Shown: piece by piece, positions 52,463 to 64,000 of the stretch
How the letters are laid out: every line of letters starts with the position of its first letter
Position numbering within the stretch: position 1 is the first letter of the stretch
Assembly (NCBI GenBank): GCA_964016885.1
Contig: OZ024741.1
Span: 319,672,001-319,736,000 of the forward strand
DNA from: Eledone cirrhosa
Taxonomy: Eukaryota
Length of the DNA: 64,000 nt
Reading direction: 5' to 3'
Program-made: the position numbers and the translations under genes
The notes under the pieces: generated by a model
What the model was told of the DNA's origin: nothing
The model's input: the letters and a program-made list of their open reading frames with translations, nothing else
Databases searched by the model: none

Positions 52463-55400
52463 TTAATTGTAAGTTGTGATGCTGCTGTTCCACTCATATT
52501 TTCTATTTAATTTTGGTTGTAATTCTTTTATGTTTATTGCCTCTGTAATTTGTCTAAACATTGCGTCTTTTCTGTGTGTAGATTCTATTTTTATTTCTAT
52601 GTTCTCTAATTTACCCTTGTGTTCTATTTTAGCATGTTGGTAGAGTACAGATGATTCTTTATTATCTTGAAGGTCTCGCCAGTGTTCATTTATCCGTTCC
52701 CCTATACTACGAGCTGTCTCACCTATGTACACTATATTTTTGTCTCTACATTGTCCTTCAGTACATCTTATGCTATACACTACATTTCTAGTTTTACAGT
52801 TAATATGGGGGCTTATTTTACAGGTTATACATTTCTTATCTATACATGAGGGTCTTTGAAAAGGGTATGTCTTGCTAATAAGTGTTTTTACGGAGGTACC
52901 TGGTCTTTCTACTATCTTAATATTGAGTTTATGTTTATTTAGGGCCCTTCTAAATTTGTAAGCTAATTCACCTCTAGGGGTTGTATCGATGAACATTACA
53001 GTCTGGTATTTATTGCTATCATACCATGAGTTTATTCTATTAGCCTTGTTCCTAGTTCTTTCTATTCTATTCCAAAATTTACTCCTATACAAGGGGCAGG
53101 TTCCATTTATGTCATTATTTACCATTTTTTCCCATTTGGTTCTGGCTCCTCTATACACTCTGATTCTATCTCTCTGATTGTAGTCAGAGAACTGCATACG
53201 GTGGATGAAGTGTTGTATGTGTCTCTCTAGTTATTCGGGGTTGCACATGCGGGACACATTTCTCATCACCCGTACCAAATCCGCAATCAGTATGTTGATT
53301 TTGGTATGGTCCGAAACGGCCGAGTTTCGGTGGATCAGATGTTTGGAAGTCATGGGTTTGGCATAATGGGAATGGAGGATTTGTTTTTTGTTGTTAATGG
53401 TATCTAACCAGAGCTCTGTGTCTAGTACAGGTAATCGATGGTTGGGGTGTTTACTTGGGTAGTCTATAGTAACTCTAATGCTCTGGTGGATGGAGTTTGC
53501 TATTTGCTGGATGCTTTCCATTGCGTTTTTCTCTAGTTCCTGACTGTTCTCTAGTGGGGGTGTCTTAACTATGATGTTTATATCATCTACGTAGCGGGAG
53601 TACATTATCAGGGTTAAGGGGTCTTCTAATTGTTCTTTAAGTTTAAGTTTAAGTCTACTGTCCCACCATACCATGAATAAGTTAGCTATGTCGCCTGCAA
53701 TGCTAACACCAATGGCTGCTCCTTCCTCTTGGGCATATGTTGTTCCATTAAATTTGAACATATGTTCCTTAAGGGTTAGTTTTATGCTGGCCCCTACCGC
53801 ATGTGCAATCATTTTCTTCAGTTCATCGTGGTTTTCGGGTGTCCGTATGGCTCTGGTCCACCCGTTCCATCTATCTGTGTGGGTTTTCTTGGCCATTGAG
53901 GTAATGGTAGGTGGTCTGCCTCTTGCTGGTCTTGTAGGGCACAGGTTGCTAAGGTCATATGTGTCTAGGTAATTATTACTATAGGTAAGCTTAAGTAGGA
54001 GTCCCAGCTCACTGGTATCAATCCCACGGAACTCAACCTTGCTCTCAGTGATCATTTCTACGCATTTCTCCACAGCAAAATCCACGTCAATAGATGGATA
54101 CAGGGACACAACATCCATACTGCCTATTATGCAGTTTGTTTGGTCCCCAGATCGGTTACTCACGCTGATTCTGCTGAGGAGGTTCTCCGTGCTGTCACAT
54201 ACATCTGGGGACATTTCAATGATGGGGCGTATGATCAGGGAGAGGAAGTAGGACAGTCTGTAGTTACTAGCAATGTTGGCTCCACAGACTGGCCGTGTTG
54301 GTGGTCCCGCGACAGGGTCACAGCCCGTTTTATAGTCTTTTCGAAGCCCATACAACCCCGGAACGTCATTGTTCCAGGCCTGGAAGTTGTTGGCAGTCCT
54401 TTTGTTGGGCTGCATTATATTCGTCCACATCACCATATGGGCATTGAGGGCTTTTTCTCTATCCTCATGCTCCTGTGTTAGTGATGTGGGGTTGCATTGC
54501 CTGGATGTAGTTTGGCAGGCTGTCAACCGACATTCTGCCAGACTTGTCTGTTGGAAAGCATGCTATCTCTCCATTACGTGAGCGCTGCATGAGCTTACGC
54601 AAGCCATTTTCAGATTTTTCTCCCAGCTGCTGGGCCTCCATTCTATTATGCTTCTTGCTATACTGTTCTATAATATTTCTAAGTTCGGATCTAGCTATAC
54701 TAAATTGTGCTTCTGTTTGTTCATCGACCTGCGACGGCAATTGCGTGCGTTTGTTAAATGGTAAAGTCGTGGCGTGGACTCGTCGCAGGTCGAATGATTT
54801 ATCGGAGGGATTATAAAACGTAGAGTTCCAGGCTGCTGCTTTATGTGTACTAGTGCTATTGTTATTGTTAGTTGTGTTGTTTCTATTTCTATTTCCACCA
54901 ACAGCCTCATGGTTGTTTCTATGTCTCTCACAATTACTCCTGTCTCTTTCCACTGGCTCATTGTTGTTATCTACCCTATTTTGTGTGTCTGTGTGTTCGT
55001 ATTGGTTATTCTCTTTGTCCTTAGTCTCCCTTCTCTTTTTACTCCTATTACTTTCCCTTATTTCTGTGATTTCTGTGCTACTGTCATTACTTGTTTTCTG
55101 TGTCTGTGTGTTTGTTAAGATTGTGGTGGTGGTGAGAGGCATTGAATGTGTGTGTGTTGTTGTTGTTGATGTGTGCTGTTGTTGATGTGTGTTGTTGTCT
55201 CCGTGTGTGTTATTGTTGTGTGTGTTGTTATTGTTGTTTGTGTCTGCGTGTCTGTTGTTGTTGTTTCTGGGTATGTTGTTATTGTTGTTGTTGTTGGTGT
55301 GTGTGTTGTTGTTATTGTTGTTTGTGTCTGTGTGTCTGTTGTTGTTGGGATGTGTGTTGTATATGTGTGTGCGTATATTGTTGCTTTTGTTTTTGTTTTT

Positions 55401-56141
55401 GTTTTTGAGGCTCCAGCGTAGTTTTGTAAATGATTTTTCTATTTCTGACAGACAACTAATCATATTTACCTTCTTGAATGTCGTAAATTTCGGGGGTAAA
55501 CATAACACAGACATCTCATCGTCATCTATTCTTGTGTTACCATATATATTTGTGTAGTTGTTGTTGTTGAACTCTTCTGTTAATGAGGTGTCGGCCATAT
55601 TTATACCGTCAATTTTGTCGGGATATCTATTGGTATTCTCTATAGTATCCTGATTTAGCTTTATCTGCTTAAGCCACTTTAGTTTCTTGTTAAAGTGCTT
55701 ATCACATTCTTGAGTAATGTACTGTTCTTCAGGGCGTATAAGGCTTATAAATATTAGTTTCTCTCTTGGTGTGGTGATCCTAGCTATTTCTTGTATTAGG
55801 TTACGCTTATGTTTTTCTTGATGACTTAATTCTCTATAGATCTTCTTTCTTATGTTTAGAATTAATGTTCGTTTTAGCCTATCTGCTTGTTTTTTGATGA
55901 GTTGTAATCTTCTAACGTCGGTGTTGATGGTGTTGGTGTAAACTCGGGATGAGGCACATTCTTTTATGAAGTGTAGTTGTCGAGATGTTATGGTTTTTCG
56001 TAGACAACAGAACATGGTGGTTTTCAGTATCTTGTTAGCCTGGCTAGGGCTTACGATATTTCGTTTCTGAATTTGTTTAGCAAGATTCTTTATCTGAAAT
56101 CGTGTGTTGAAACCGATATTGTTATACTTTGGGAGGGTCAT
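52463..56141 (-). pseudogene. Penelope/Naiad-like RT + GIY-YIG ORF with one frameshift (~54480) and one in-frame TAA (53231-53233)
   Basis: LPPKF, TDKSGR, PTRPVCGA, IGSMDVVSLYPSID, GAAIG..ANLFMVWWD, RYVDD, LPVLD, HYAKPM, NVVYSIRC..YIGETARS..ERINEH, RQITEA..LNRK. Confidence 0.92.
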
Positions 56142-57639
56142 GTTGCCAATAAGAAACACACGCACCAGTTGCTTTCACTTCAATTTATTATATATTTATA
56201 AATTTATAAATTTACAAATTTACAAACCTATAAATTTCTGGTTGGTTGGTTCCACAACCAGATAGTTGTTTATATATAGTCATAGTCCTTTCGTCACACA
56301 CTCTGTGACCTCTTCAGTGACTGGGGATTCCTTTCCTTTGTTTCTGTGCCTTTCCTTTCTTCTATCCTACGCCATTTTGTTTCTGTGTGTGTGTTGTGTG
56401 TTCAGTTTGCGCATGCGCCACATCCGAAATATATAACCTGTAAAATAAGCCCCCATATTAACTGTAAAACTAGAAATGTAGTGTATAGCATAAGATGTAC
56501 TGAAGGACAATGTAGAGACAAAAATATAGTGTACATAGGTGAGACAGCTCGTAGTGTAGGGGAACGGATAAATGAACACTGGCGAGACCTTCAAGATAAT
56601 AAAGAATCATCTGTACTCTACCAACATGCTAAAATAGAACACAAGGGTAAATTAGAGAACATAGAAATAAAAATAGAATCTACACACAGAAAAGACGCAA
56701 TGTTTAGACAAATTACAGAGGCAATAAACATAAAATAATTATAACCAAAATTAAATAGAAAATATGAGTGGAACAGCAACATCACAACTTATAATTAAGG
56801 ACAAAATGAAAACACACACACACATAGAACAAACAACCAACCAGTAACATGTAAATAAACAAATAAATAAATGAACATAAACACACACAGACACCCGGAT
56901 GTGGCGCATGCGCAGACTGAGCACACACAACACACACAGAAACAAAATGGCGTAGGACAGAACAAAGGAGAGGCACAGAAACAAAGAAAGGAATCCCCAG
57001 TCACTGAAGAGGTAACAGAGTGTGTGACGAAAGAACTATGACTATATATAAACAACTATCTGGTTGTGGAACCAACCAACCAACCAGAAATTTATAAATT
57101 TATAAATTTATTATAAATTTATTATAATAAACTGAAGTGAAAGCAACTGGTGCGTGTGTTTCTTATTGGCAACATGAGCCTCCCAAAGTATAACAATATC
57201 GGTTTCAACACACGATTTCAGATAAAGAATCTTGCTAAACAAATTCAGAAACGAAATATATATATATATATATATATAAATATATGTATTTATGTGTTAG
57301 TATAAGTTTAAACGTGTGTGTATGATAATTTGATCTAAGGATAAGGTAGAGTGACAGTAGCTTTGACTCGTGAGTTCGTTGCTGTTGACTTTTACTCTGA
57401 ACTTTTGCACACACCAATGTCTGTGTTTGTGGCCTGGAGAACCGAGAACCAAATATTGACTTTAGCATGTTTATATATATGTCTGTGAGTATGCATATCT
57501 GTGTGTGTATATATACATAAATGTACACACATTTATATGTTTATGGACTTTATACATAATTTTACAAAATTATTTAATTTTTTTATATGCAAGATCAATG
57601 AAAAAGTGAAATAAATTTATATATATGTTTATGTATAAT

Positions 57640-58060
57640 TGCTATGGGCTCTTTAAGCTGTAATTATGTCATGGCTACTTCAGTAGCCATGTGAGAATGC
57701 TACAGTGTTTCAGGATTCTTTTTCCTTCATCAGTTATATTTACTTACTCAGTACTGAGAGAAGAATAAGCTATAGCTTCTATGATAAATATTGATTTGAA
57801 ATGCTTATACCCTTTTAAAGATATGTCTTTATATATAGCTTTGTTATGAATTAGGCTATGTAATGCTACTGCTAATTAATCCAAGCCAATCAAGCTTGCA
57901 CTATATGCAAATGAACAACTCCAGCAGATACTTATACTTTTCTTACTTCCAAATGATGTATAGAAAATCCTGAAACACTAATGTTTGACATTGGCACATG
58001 GCCACTGAGATAGCTGGGATGAACCACAGCTTGAAACAACAATGGCAAGGCTAAAAAATG
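57640..58060. mobile_element. Old foldback pLTR remnant with a decayed hammerhead (57701-57735, -)
   Basis: CTGATGA agga..tcct GAAA cactgTA on the minus strand; diverged inverted copy from ~57950. Confidence 0.5.
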
Positions 58061-58297
58061 TTCATTATACATAAAAACATCATATATGCTCTTTCATATA
58101 CATCTTTATTATAGCGTGTAAACATATAGAGACAGAGATACAGAATACAAGTATACATAATTGAGTTGGACTATCGATTAATAGAGCCAAAACAGCATTT
58201 ACCCATATACAGAACGTAGTTGAATAGAATTATTTCTAAGGTGAATAATAAACTTGTGAAAATGCATACAAGATGTTATATTTTTTGTGTATTTCAG

Positions 58298-58393
58298 CGG
58301 GAAGTTTATGACTCGGAAGCAGTGTTTCTCTACGGTTTCTACTTCAATCTGAAAGTCAAGAAAATTGGAAGTACATTTCATATATATATTCAG
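58298..58393 (+). CDS. BTBD16: BTBD16-like exon F (REVYDSEAVFLYGFYFNLKVKKIGSTFHIYIQ)
   Basis: atttcag|CGG...CAG|gtaggg; phase 0/0; LYGFxF...YxQ motif. Confidence 0.88.
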
Positions 58394-61300
58394 GTAGGGG
58401 AACATCTTTTTTTGTAATTGTTGTTGTTGTTCTTTCCATTTTTATTGCAGTTGCTACTGCAGTTTGGGATATTGCTGTACACAATTTTATGCATTGTTAT
58501 ACATTTACACTTGTTTTTTGTTGACCACTAAATTCGATGATGACCATCTCCTCTGGTGATTATCCATCACACTTCTTGCTGTGCAGTTTTGGCAGCAGAC
58601 AGCAGTAATTGGTTGGAAAGGTTAGGTATTAATCTTCATACCCCCCCTCCCCATCGTTTTTGCTACTCTTCATAGTGTTGAGTGCATTTCTCATTCATGT
58701 CTTCAAATCCCTCCCAACAATGAGAACATCAAAGTGAACGATTGATAGCAATATTTTACATTCTTGAAAGTTTGATATAATTCTCTTTCAAAGTTGCTTT
58801 CCTTTGGTATTTAAACCACTTCTTTGTTTGCCTAATCAAATAATGAGCATGGTGTATCTGGGTATAGAGGATTTTATGAGAGACATTTGTCAGACATGTG
58901 CATTACATGTCTGCACTATCTCAATTGATACATGTATAGTGTAGATTCATTCCTGGTAGTGTTGGTTCAAAATAGGATTTGTGTGTGCAGTCCTATCTCA
59001 CCAGCTGATTGAAGGTTCATCCAGATACATTAGGTATTACAGGCATTGGGAGCTTTTAATACGCTGGCTGTATGTAGTCCATGTCTCATACATATACAGG
59101 AGAGTGACGACTCAAACTGGTTAGTAGACAAGAACCCTTGTATGAAGCTTGAGATAGTTTTCAAAATGACCCCTTTTCAGAGCCTTCCAAAAGCTACAAA
59201 GGTCTGGCTGAGGTGGTTTGGGATTTCTTCATCCTCTGTGCAGTTATTGGAAATTGTGCTGCATAGGTTTTTGAATTTACCAAATGTAACTTAATTAGCT
59301 GGTTTTTAAAATATTGCAGCATCATACAAATACACATTTAAGCATGCCACCATATATATTATAGGTTCAATAATTCATCTTTGTTTATCTAAGCAATCAA
59401 CTAACTATGGTGTAATCAAGTATAAGTACTTCATGCCATAGGTATTGATAAAGGTATGGGATATATGGTATCAGACAGTATCAATATTAAGAAGAGACAC
59501 TTTTACAGTTTTCACTTCAGTTTATTGTCTTACATCACACTCATTATGCATATTTTAAAGGCATTAAAATATGATTATATAATAGTTATTTAATGTGTTG
59601 TCATCACACAGGGGCTGAAAATGTAAACAATGTTTTTGTTTTTTAATATGCCTGCTGTTGAATAGATGTTCATTTGGGTTACAGAAGGCACATGCTATAT
59701 CACACTGGTGATAGTTAGCTAAAGATAAAGGAGTGGAGGCTGTCTTGATGGTGGTAAGAGGTGAAAGTAGATCACTATACTAATGATATCTCAATCTGTC
59801 TGGTTTTGGTCAGTAAGCCATGGCCCTTATGTAGCTGCAAAACAAATTTTTATTTATTTATTTTATAATTACTATCTGTGTCAATACTAAGCTCCGCCAT
59901 TCTTATCAGTATACAAGCATCAGTTCATTCTCAGTGGGTAACCTCTATCATATTATTGTTATTATTACTATTATCGCATTGGTGTCCATAGGTCTTAAGT
60001 GAATGATTATTTATTTTAGTTGTGGTGTAGAGGGTAGAGGAGGTATGCTTGAGCCTAAGTGTGTGAGTATGTTTGTGAGTGTGTGGGTGAGTTAAATTTC
60101 ATTATAGTGGGTTCACCGGATCATATAGCTTTATTTGTGTAATTTGTTGAAAAGCAGAATTTGCCCTATACCTTCCTGTATTGTTCTATTACTGTCTCAT
60201 CTGCACTGGAATGAATAGTCTCAACTAATAGACTTAAAATTTAAGGATCTCCAGAAGTTGACTGAAGAGAAGGGACTGATTGTTTTTTTCTGTTTTCTTT
60301 GTCTTGAGCATCCCACTTTATATATATATATATTTATATGTATGCATGTATGATTAGTTGTGTACATACATATACATGCATATATGTGTACAAACACAAG
60401 ACATTCACAGATATACTTATATAAAGAAACATTTCAGACCATGAATGAAAAAAAAAGAATTGTGAAATGGAGTCATATTGAAACCCAATTGGTGACTTAA
60501 TATATAATAAGTATCAGTCACATATAGAGAGAGTTGGTGAATTAACAATGTTATAATTGTTTCTACTTTTGGCACAAGGCCAGCAATTACCCAGTACATT
60601 ACTGGTACTTTATTTTATCGACCCCGTAAGGATGAAAGGCAAAGTTAACCTTAGAGGGATTTGAACTCAGATCATAAAGGGACGCAACTATGCTGGAAAG
60701 TATATCCGACCCTCTACCGATACTGCCAATTCACCTCCCTTGGTATTATCTGGTATTATAACAATGTTATAATACCAGATAAAATGTTTTGCTGTATTCT
60801 TTCCAGCTCTCTGAGTTCAAATCCTACTGAAGCAAACTTTATTTTTCATCCTTTCAAGTTTGATAAAAAAGTACTAGTTCTGTACTGAGTTGATTCTTCC
60901 TCTATATTGCTTTATCACATCCTCTCTCTCTCTCTTTCACACACTCTTTCTTATATATACACACATTATCTCACTCTCCTCTGTTAAGACCTAGAAAGGG
61001 GATGGGCTCTGCTGGTTTTAGTGTGCCCAAGAAATGCCTCTACAGCTCCATCAAAATTTATGGGTGGTTCTTACATATATATAAGTGGTGAATTGGTGGA
61101 ATTAGTAGAGTGTTAGATAGAATGTTTGCAGCATTCATGTTGACTCTCTGTTCTCTGAGTTCAACTTTGCCTTTCATCAATTCAAGGTCGATAAAAAAAA
61201 TACCAATCTAATATTGGGGTTGATTCTTCCTTATATCTCTTTCTCACTTCCATTCTCTTGCTCTCTATCCTTCTCTGGAAGAAACCTTCAGATCTGGAGA

Positions 61301-61471
61301 GATGATGTATGTCAATGCAGTGCAGCTATGACTCACTCAGGAGTTATAGATTCATCCTTCTATGCAGATAGACAGATAGGCACATACAGAGGCATATGAT
61401 TTAACACTGAATATTGTAACACCCTTCTCTTTCTTTATTTGTTTATCCTAACTGTCTTAACCAACGTCCAG

Positions 61472-61660
61472 CGTGTGAGGCCATTAGATTCTACACTGCC
61501 ATTCCAAGAATGCGAACGCCACATCTTTTCTCTACGTGCTGAACGATCCGCCAACTACAGTATAACAGTAACGTCACTCCATCATGGTCTTCCACATACC
61601 TATACAACAGGAGAACTTACTCATACGTTTCGTATGGAAGAGAAACACTCACAAAGTCAG
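61472..61660 (+). CDS. BTBD16: BTBD16-like exon G (RVRPLDSTLPFQECERHIFSLRAERSANYSITV...HSQSQ); terminal exon not found in window
   Basis: gtccag|CGT...CAG|gtagtt; 63 codons; ExxxxSLRxxRxxxYxI motif. Confidence 0.88.
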
Positions 61661-62287
61661 GTAGTTGTTCATTTTACTTTTCCCCCTCTGCCTCCTCCTC
61701 CATTTTCTTCTTCTCCCCTCCTCCCTCTCCTCCTTTTCCCCCTGACCCAAGTTATTAAAAAAAATCCAGCCAAACGAAAAATTAAACAGAGCTTTAAGCA
61801 TAAACACTCACAGCTGAATAATCTGTAAACATAAAATAATAATAATAATGTTGAAAACATTAAGTTGAATGAAAACAAAATGAATAAACAGTATAGACAG
61901 CAATGACAACACCACCAGCAACAACAGTATTTCAGCTACTAAAATAATTGTGGCTGATAAGGAACTCCTTGATATAAGTCAGTGCAAAGTAAAGAAGAAT
62001 AGATAGGTGGATGAAGTATGTTAAAAAAACAAATGACAATGATGAGGTAGATTATGTACCCCTGTTTTCCAAACAGAGGGGAGGTTTTCCATATACCATT
62101 TAAAAACGAGGTTGATGCTACCATTGATTACTCAGGTAGCATTTAAGATTTTTCTATTCACAACAAATGCCAAGAAAATGTGAACCCACACTGTTACCAA
62201 TACTGTAGATAAACAGCACTACCAACAACAGCATTAGTAGGAACACCAGTGGCAACAGCAACAGCAAGAACACCAGCAACAACAGCA

Positions 62288-62745
62288 GCAGGTGATATCG
62301 AGATCAACCCCGGACCCATCTGCCCAGGGTGTGCCAAGACGATTCACCGTGACTTCGCACCATTCATCTGCACGGCCTGCCGACGTGATTTCCACAGGAA
62401 ATGTAGCGGCTTGACTCGAGTTCAACAGAAGAGTCATCAAAGCTTTGTCTGCAGTCTCTGCCGGGGAACAGCTGTTGTGCCAACACTTACATCGCCAGCA
62501 AGTGATCAAAATCTCCGATGCCACTTATGCCAGGGAAAGATCTGCACAAACATCTAACCGATCAAATGAGCTGTCCGGCCTTGATGGTGGATTGTTATCA
62601 CCATCAACTCGGCTCCAGCATGGATGAACTCGTGCGTCTCCCACACGTCAGTCTAGCACTACTGAGGGTAATCCTCAGGCGCCTGCGGTAAGAACCCCCC
62701 CCCCCCCAAAAAAAAAAAAAAAAAAAAAAAAAAAAACAACAGCAG
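62288..62745 (+). mobile_element. Internally deleted LINE (Ingi/I-group-like) retaining a 2A-like motif, PHD-like finger and ORF C-terminus
   Basis: GDIEINPGP, CxxC..CxxC...H..C..CxxC, then CPAL...RVILRRLR* (62572-62691) and an A/CAA tail. Confidence 0.72.
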
Positions 62746-63649
62746 CTGGCATCCAAACCAGGGAGAAGCACTGACAGTCTAGAAGATCCCTCTCAGATAA
62801 AACAGCACCAATACAAATGAGGCATACACCAAACTCCTTTTTTCTCATCCGACTCCTTTGTTTCTTCTGAAGTTTCGTCAAATGATGGAGATATTTGGAG
62901 AAACCACATTCCACCACAATGATATTAACAATATAACCAACAAAACGACAATAGCAGAACATGGGAAATCACTGTTCCAGCCACAAACTCAACAAAAGCA
63001 AAAACCAAAAGTTAAAAGGTAACAAAAATCGACAACAACAAATACAATAGTATGTAAATATTCTGTGCATTAGTTTAGTGTTTGTGCATTGCTGACATAT
63101 ATACTTTTGTTGAATCTCCACCTGTTGATAATGGATTGCTAGCTTGTAAGTCAGTTGTTTGAGGGTTTGTGGTATTCTTGTTTGGCTTTGTGGATTTCTT
63201 CCTCTAGTGATATAAAATTTTGTATACTGTGTTTACTTACTTCCATTTTTAATTTTTCCTTTCCTCACTCGTTAGATTTCACTATAAACTCTATACTTCT
63301 TGATATCTGTATACTATACTTCTTGACTTCAATATAATCTCTGTACTTCTTAATTTAAATATAAACCCTACACTTCTTGTAAGTTGTCAGATGCATGGTT
63401 TTAAATTTTGTAGAGAGTTTAGTCAATTATATCAACCCAATAATTGACTAGTACTTTATTTCTATCCACCCATGGAAGGATGAAATAGAAAATTGACCTT
63501 GACGGAATTTGAACTCTAAATGTTAAGGGGCTGAAATAAATACTACAAGGGATTTTGTTGATCATTGATTTAATGGCTGAGGCCAATTTTGACTTTCATT
63601 TGTCCAGGGTCAATAAAAAGCATCAATCAAATACTGGTGCAACATACTT

Positions 63650-64000
63650 CATTAATGCCTTCTAACATTGTACTGGCATATCCCAAAGTATGGTTGCTTT
63701 GAAATTCTCTGACACCTTTTCTGGTGTGTGTCTGTGCCATCTTTCTTTGTTGGTATTTTGTGGTGTATGTAATTACCAACTCTATAATGTCTGTGGATAT
63801 GATCCTTTTTTGCTAAGACTGGGCTGTCAGAGATAATATGGGTAACAGTTTCTTCCTCACTTCCACATATTCTGCAGTTATGTACTGTTTTATTAAATAC
63901 TTCTAATAGGGAGGCTTTGATCTTGTTCTGCAATTAGAAATCCTTTAGCCTCGGTTTTAATCCAGTGCTTTGCTACCAGATTTCAGTTTTGCTTGTCTAC
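63650..64000 (-). pseudogene. Decayed R4/Dong-like LINE fragment
   Basis: CRICGSEEETVTHIISD..RH; another frame gives WYRHTPEKV..ILWDM. Confidence 0.75.

Larger units (their letters stand above)
52073..57257 (-). mobile_element. Naiad-like Penelope element: 3' pLTR, ORF, partial 5' pLTR (56117-56426), plus an inverted arm (56427-57257, + strand)
   Basis: Repeated pLTR with hammerhead; the inverted arm copies the GIY-YIG end and pLTR; both outer ends in (TA)n. Confidence 0.9.

Noticed and set aside
53231-54480. Selenocysteine read-through in the Naiad-like ORF (some Naiads are selenoproteins)
   Set aside because: The in-frame stop is TAA (likely GAA>TAA); the TGA at 54465-54467 is out of the RT frame and followed by TAG; the zinc-finger positions are ordinary Cys codons
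58540-59290. Possible decayed LINE RT on the minus strand
   Set aside because: Only vague motif resemblance; too degraded to support by eye

Overview
This is AT-rich, microsatellite-saturated eukaryotic DNA. The SINE repertoire and the 5S sequence suggest a cephalopod, probably Octopus (inference). Seven short + strand exons (10498-61660) splice in frame into the C-terminal half of a BTBD16/germ cell-less-like protein; everything else is intron filled with mobile elements. The 32-kb intron (26230-58297) holds: an intact Penelope-like element (RT + GIY-YIG, hammerhead-bearing pseudo-LTRs); a second, disrupted Naiad-like Penelope element with a large inverted arm; a non-coding hammerhead-ribozyme repeat with a ~475-bp period (retrozyme-like) in head-to-head arrays; several small hammerhead-remnant foldbacks in (TA)n; nested Helitron-like elements; and a Dong/R4 LINE in (TAA)n. 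Elsewhere are a Chapaev3-like transposon, a 5S rRNA-RTE-tail chimera, an RTE LINE/SINE partner pair and a deleted LINE carrying a 2A-like motif. All assignments are by eye from motifs; no searches were run.
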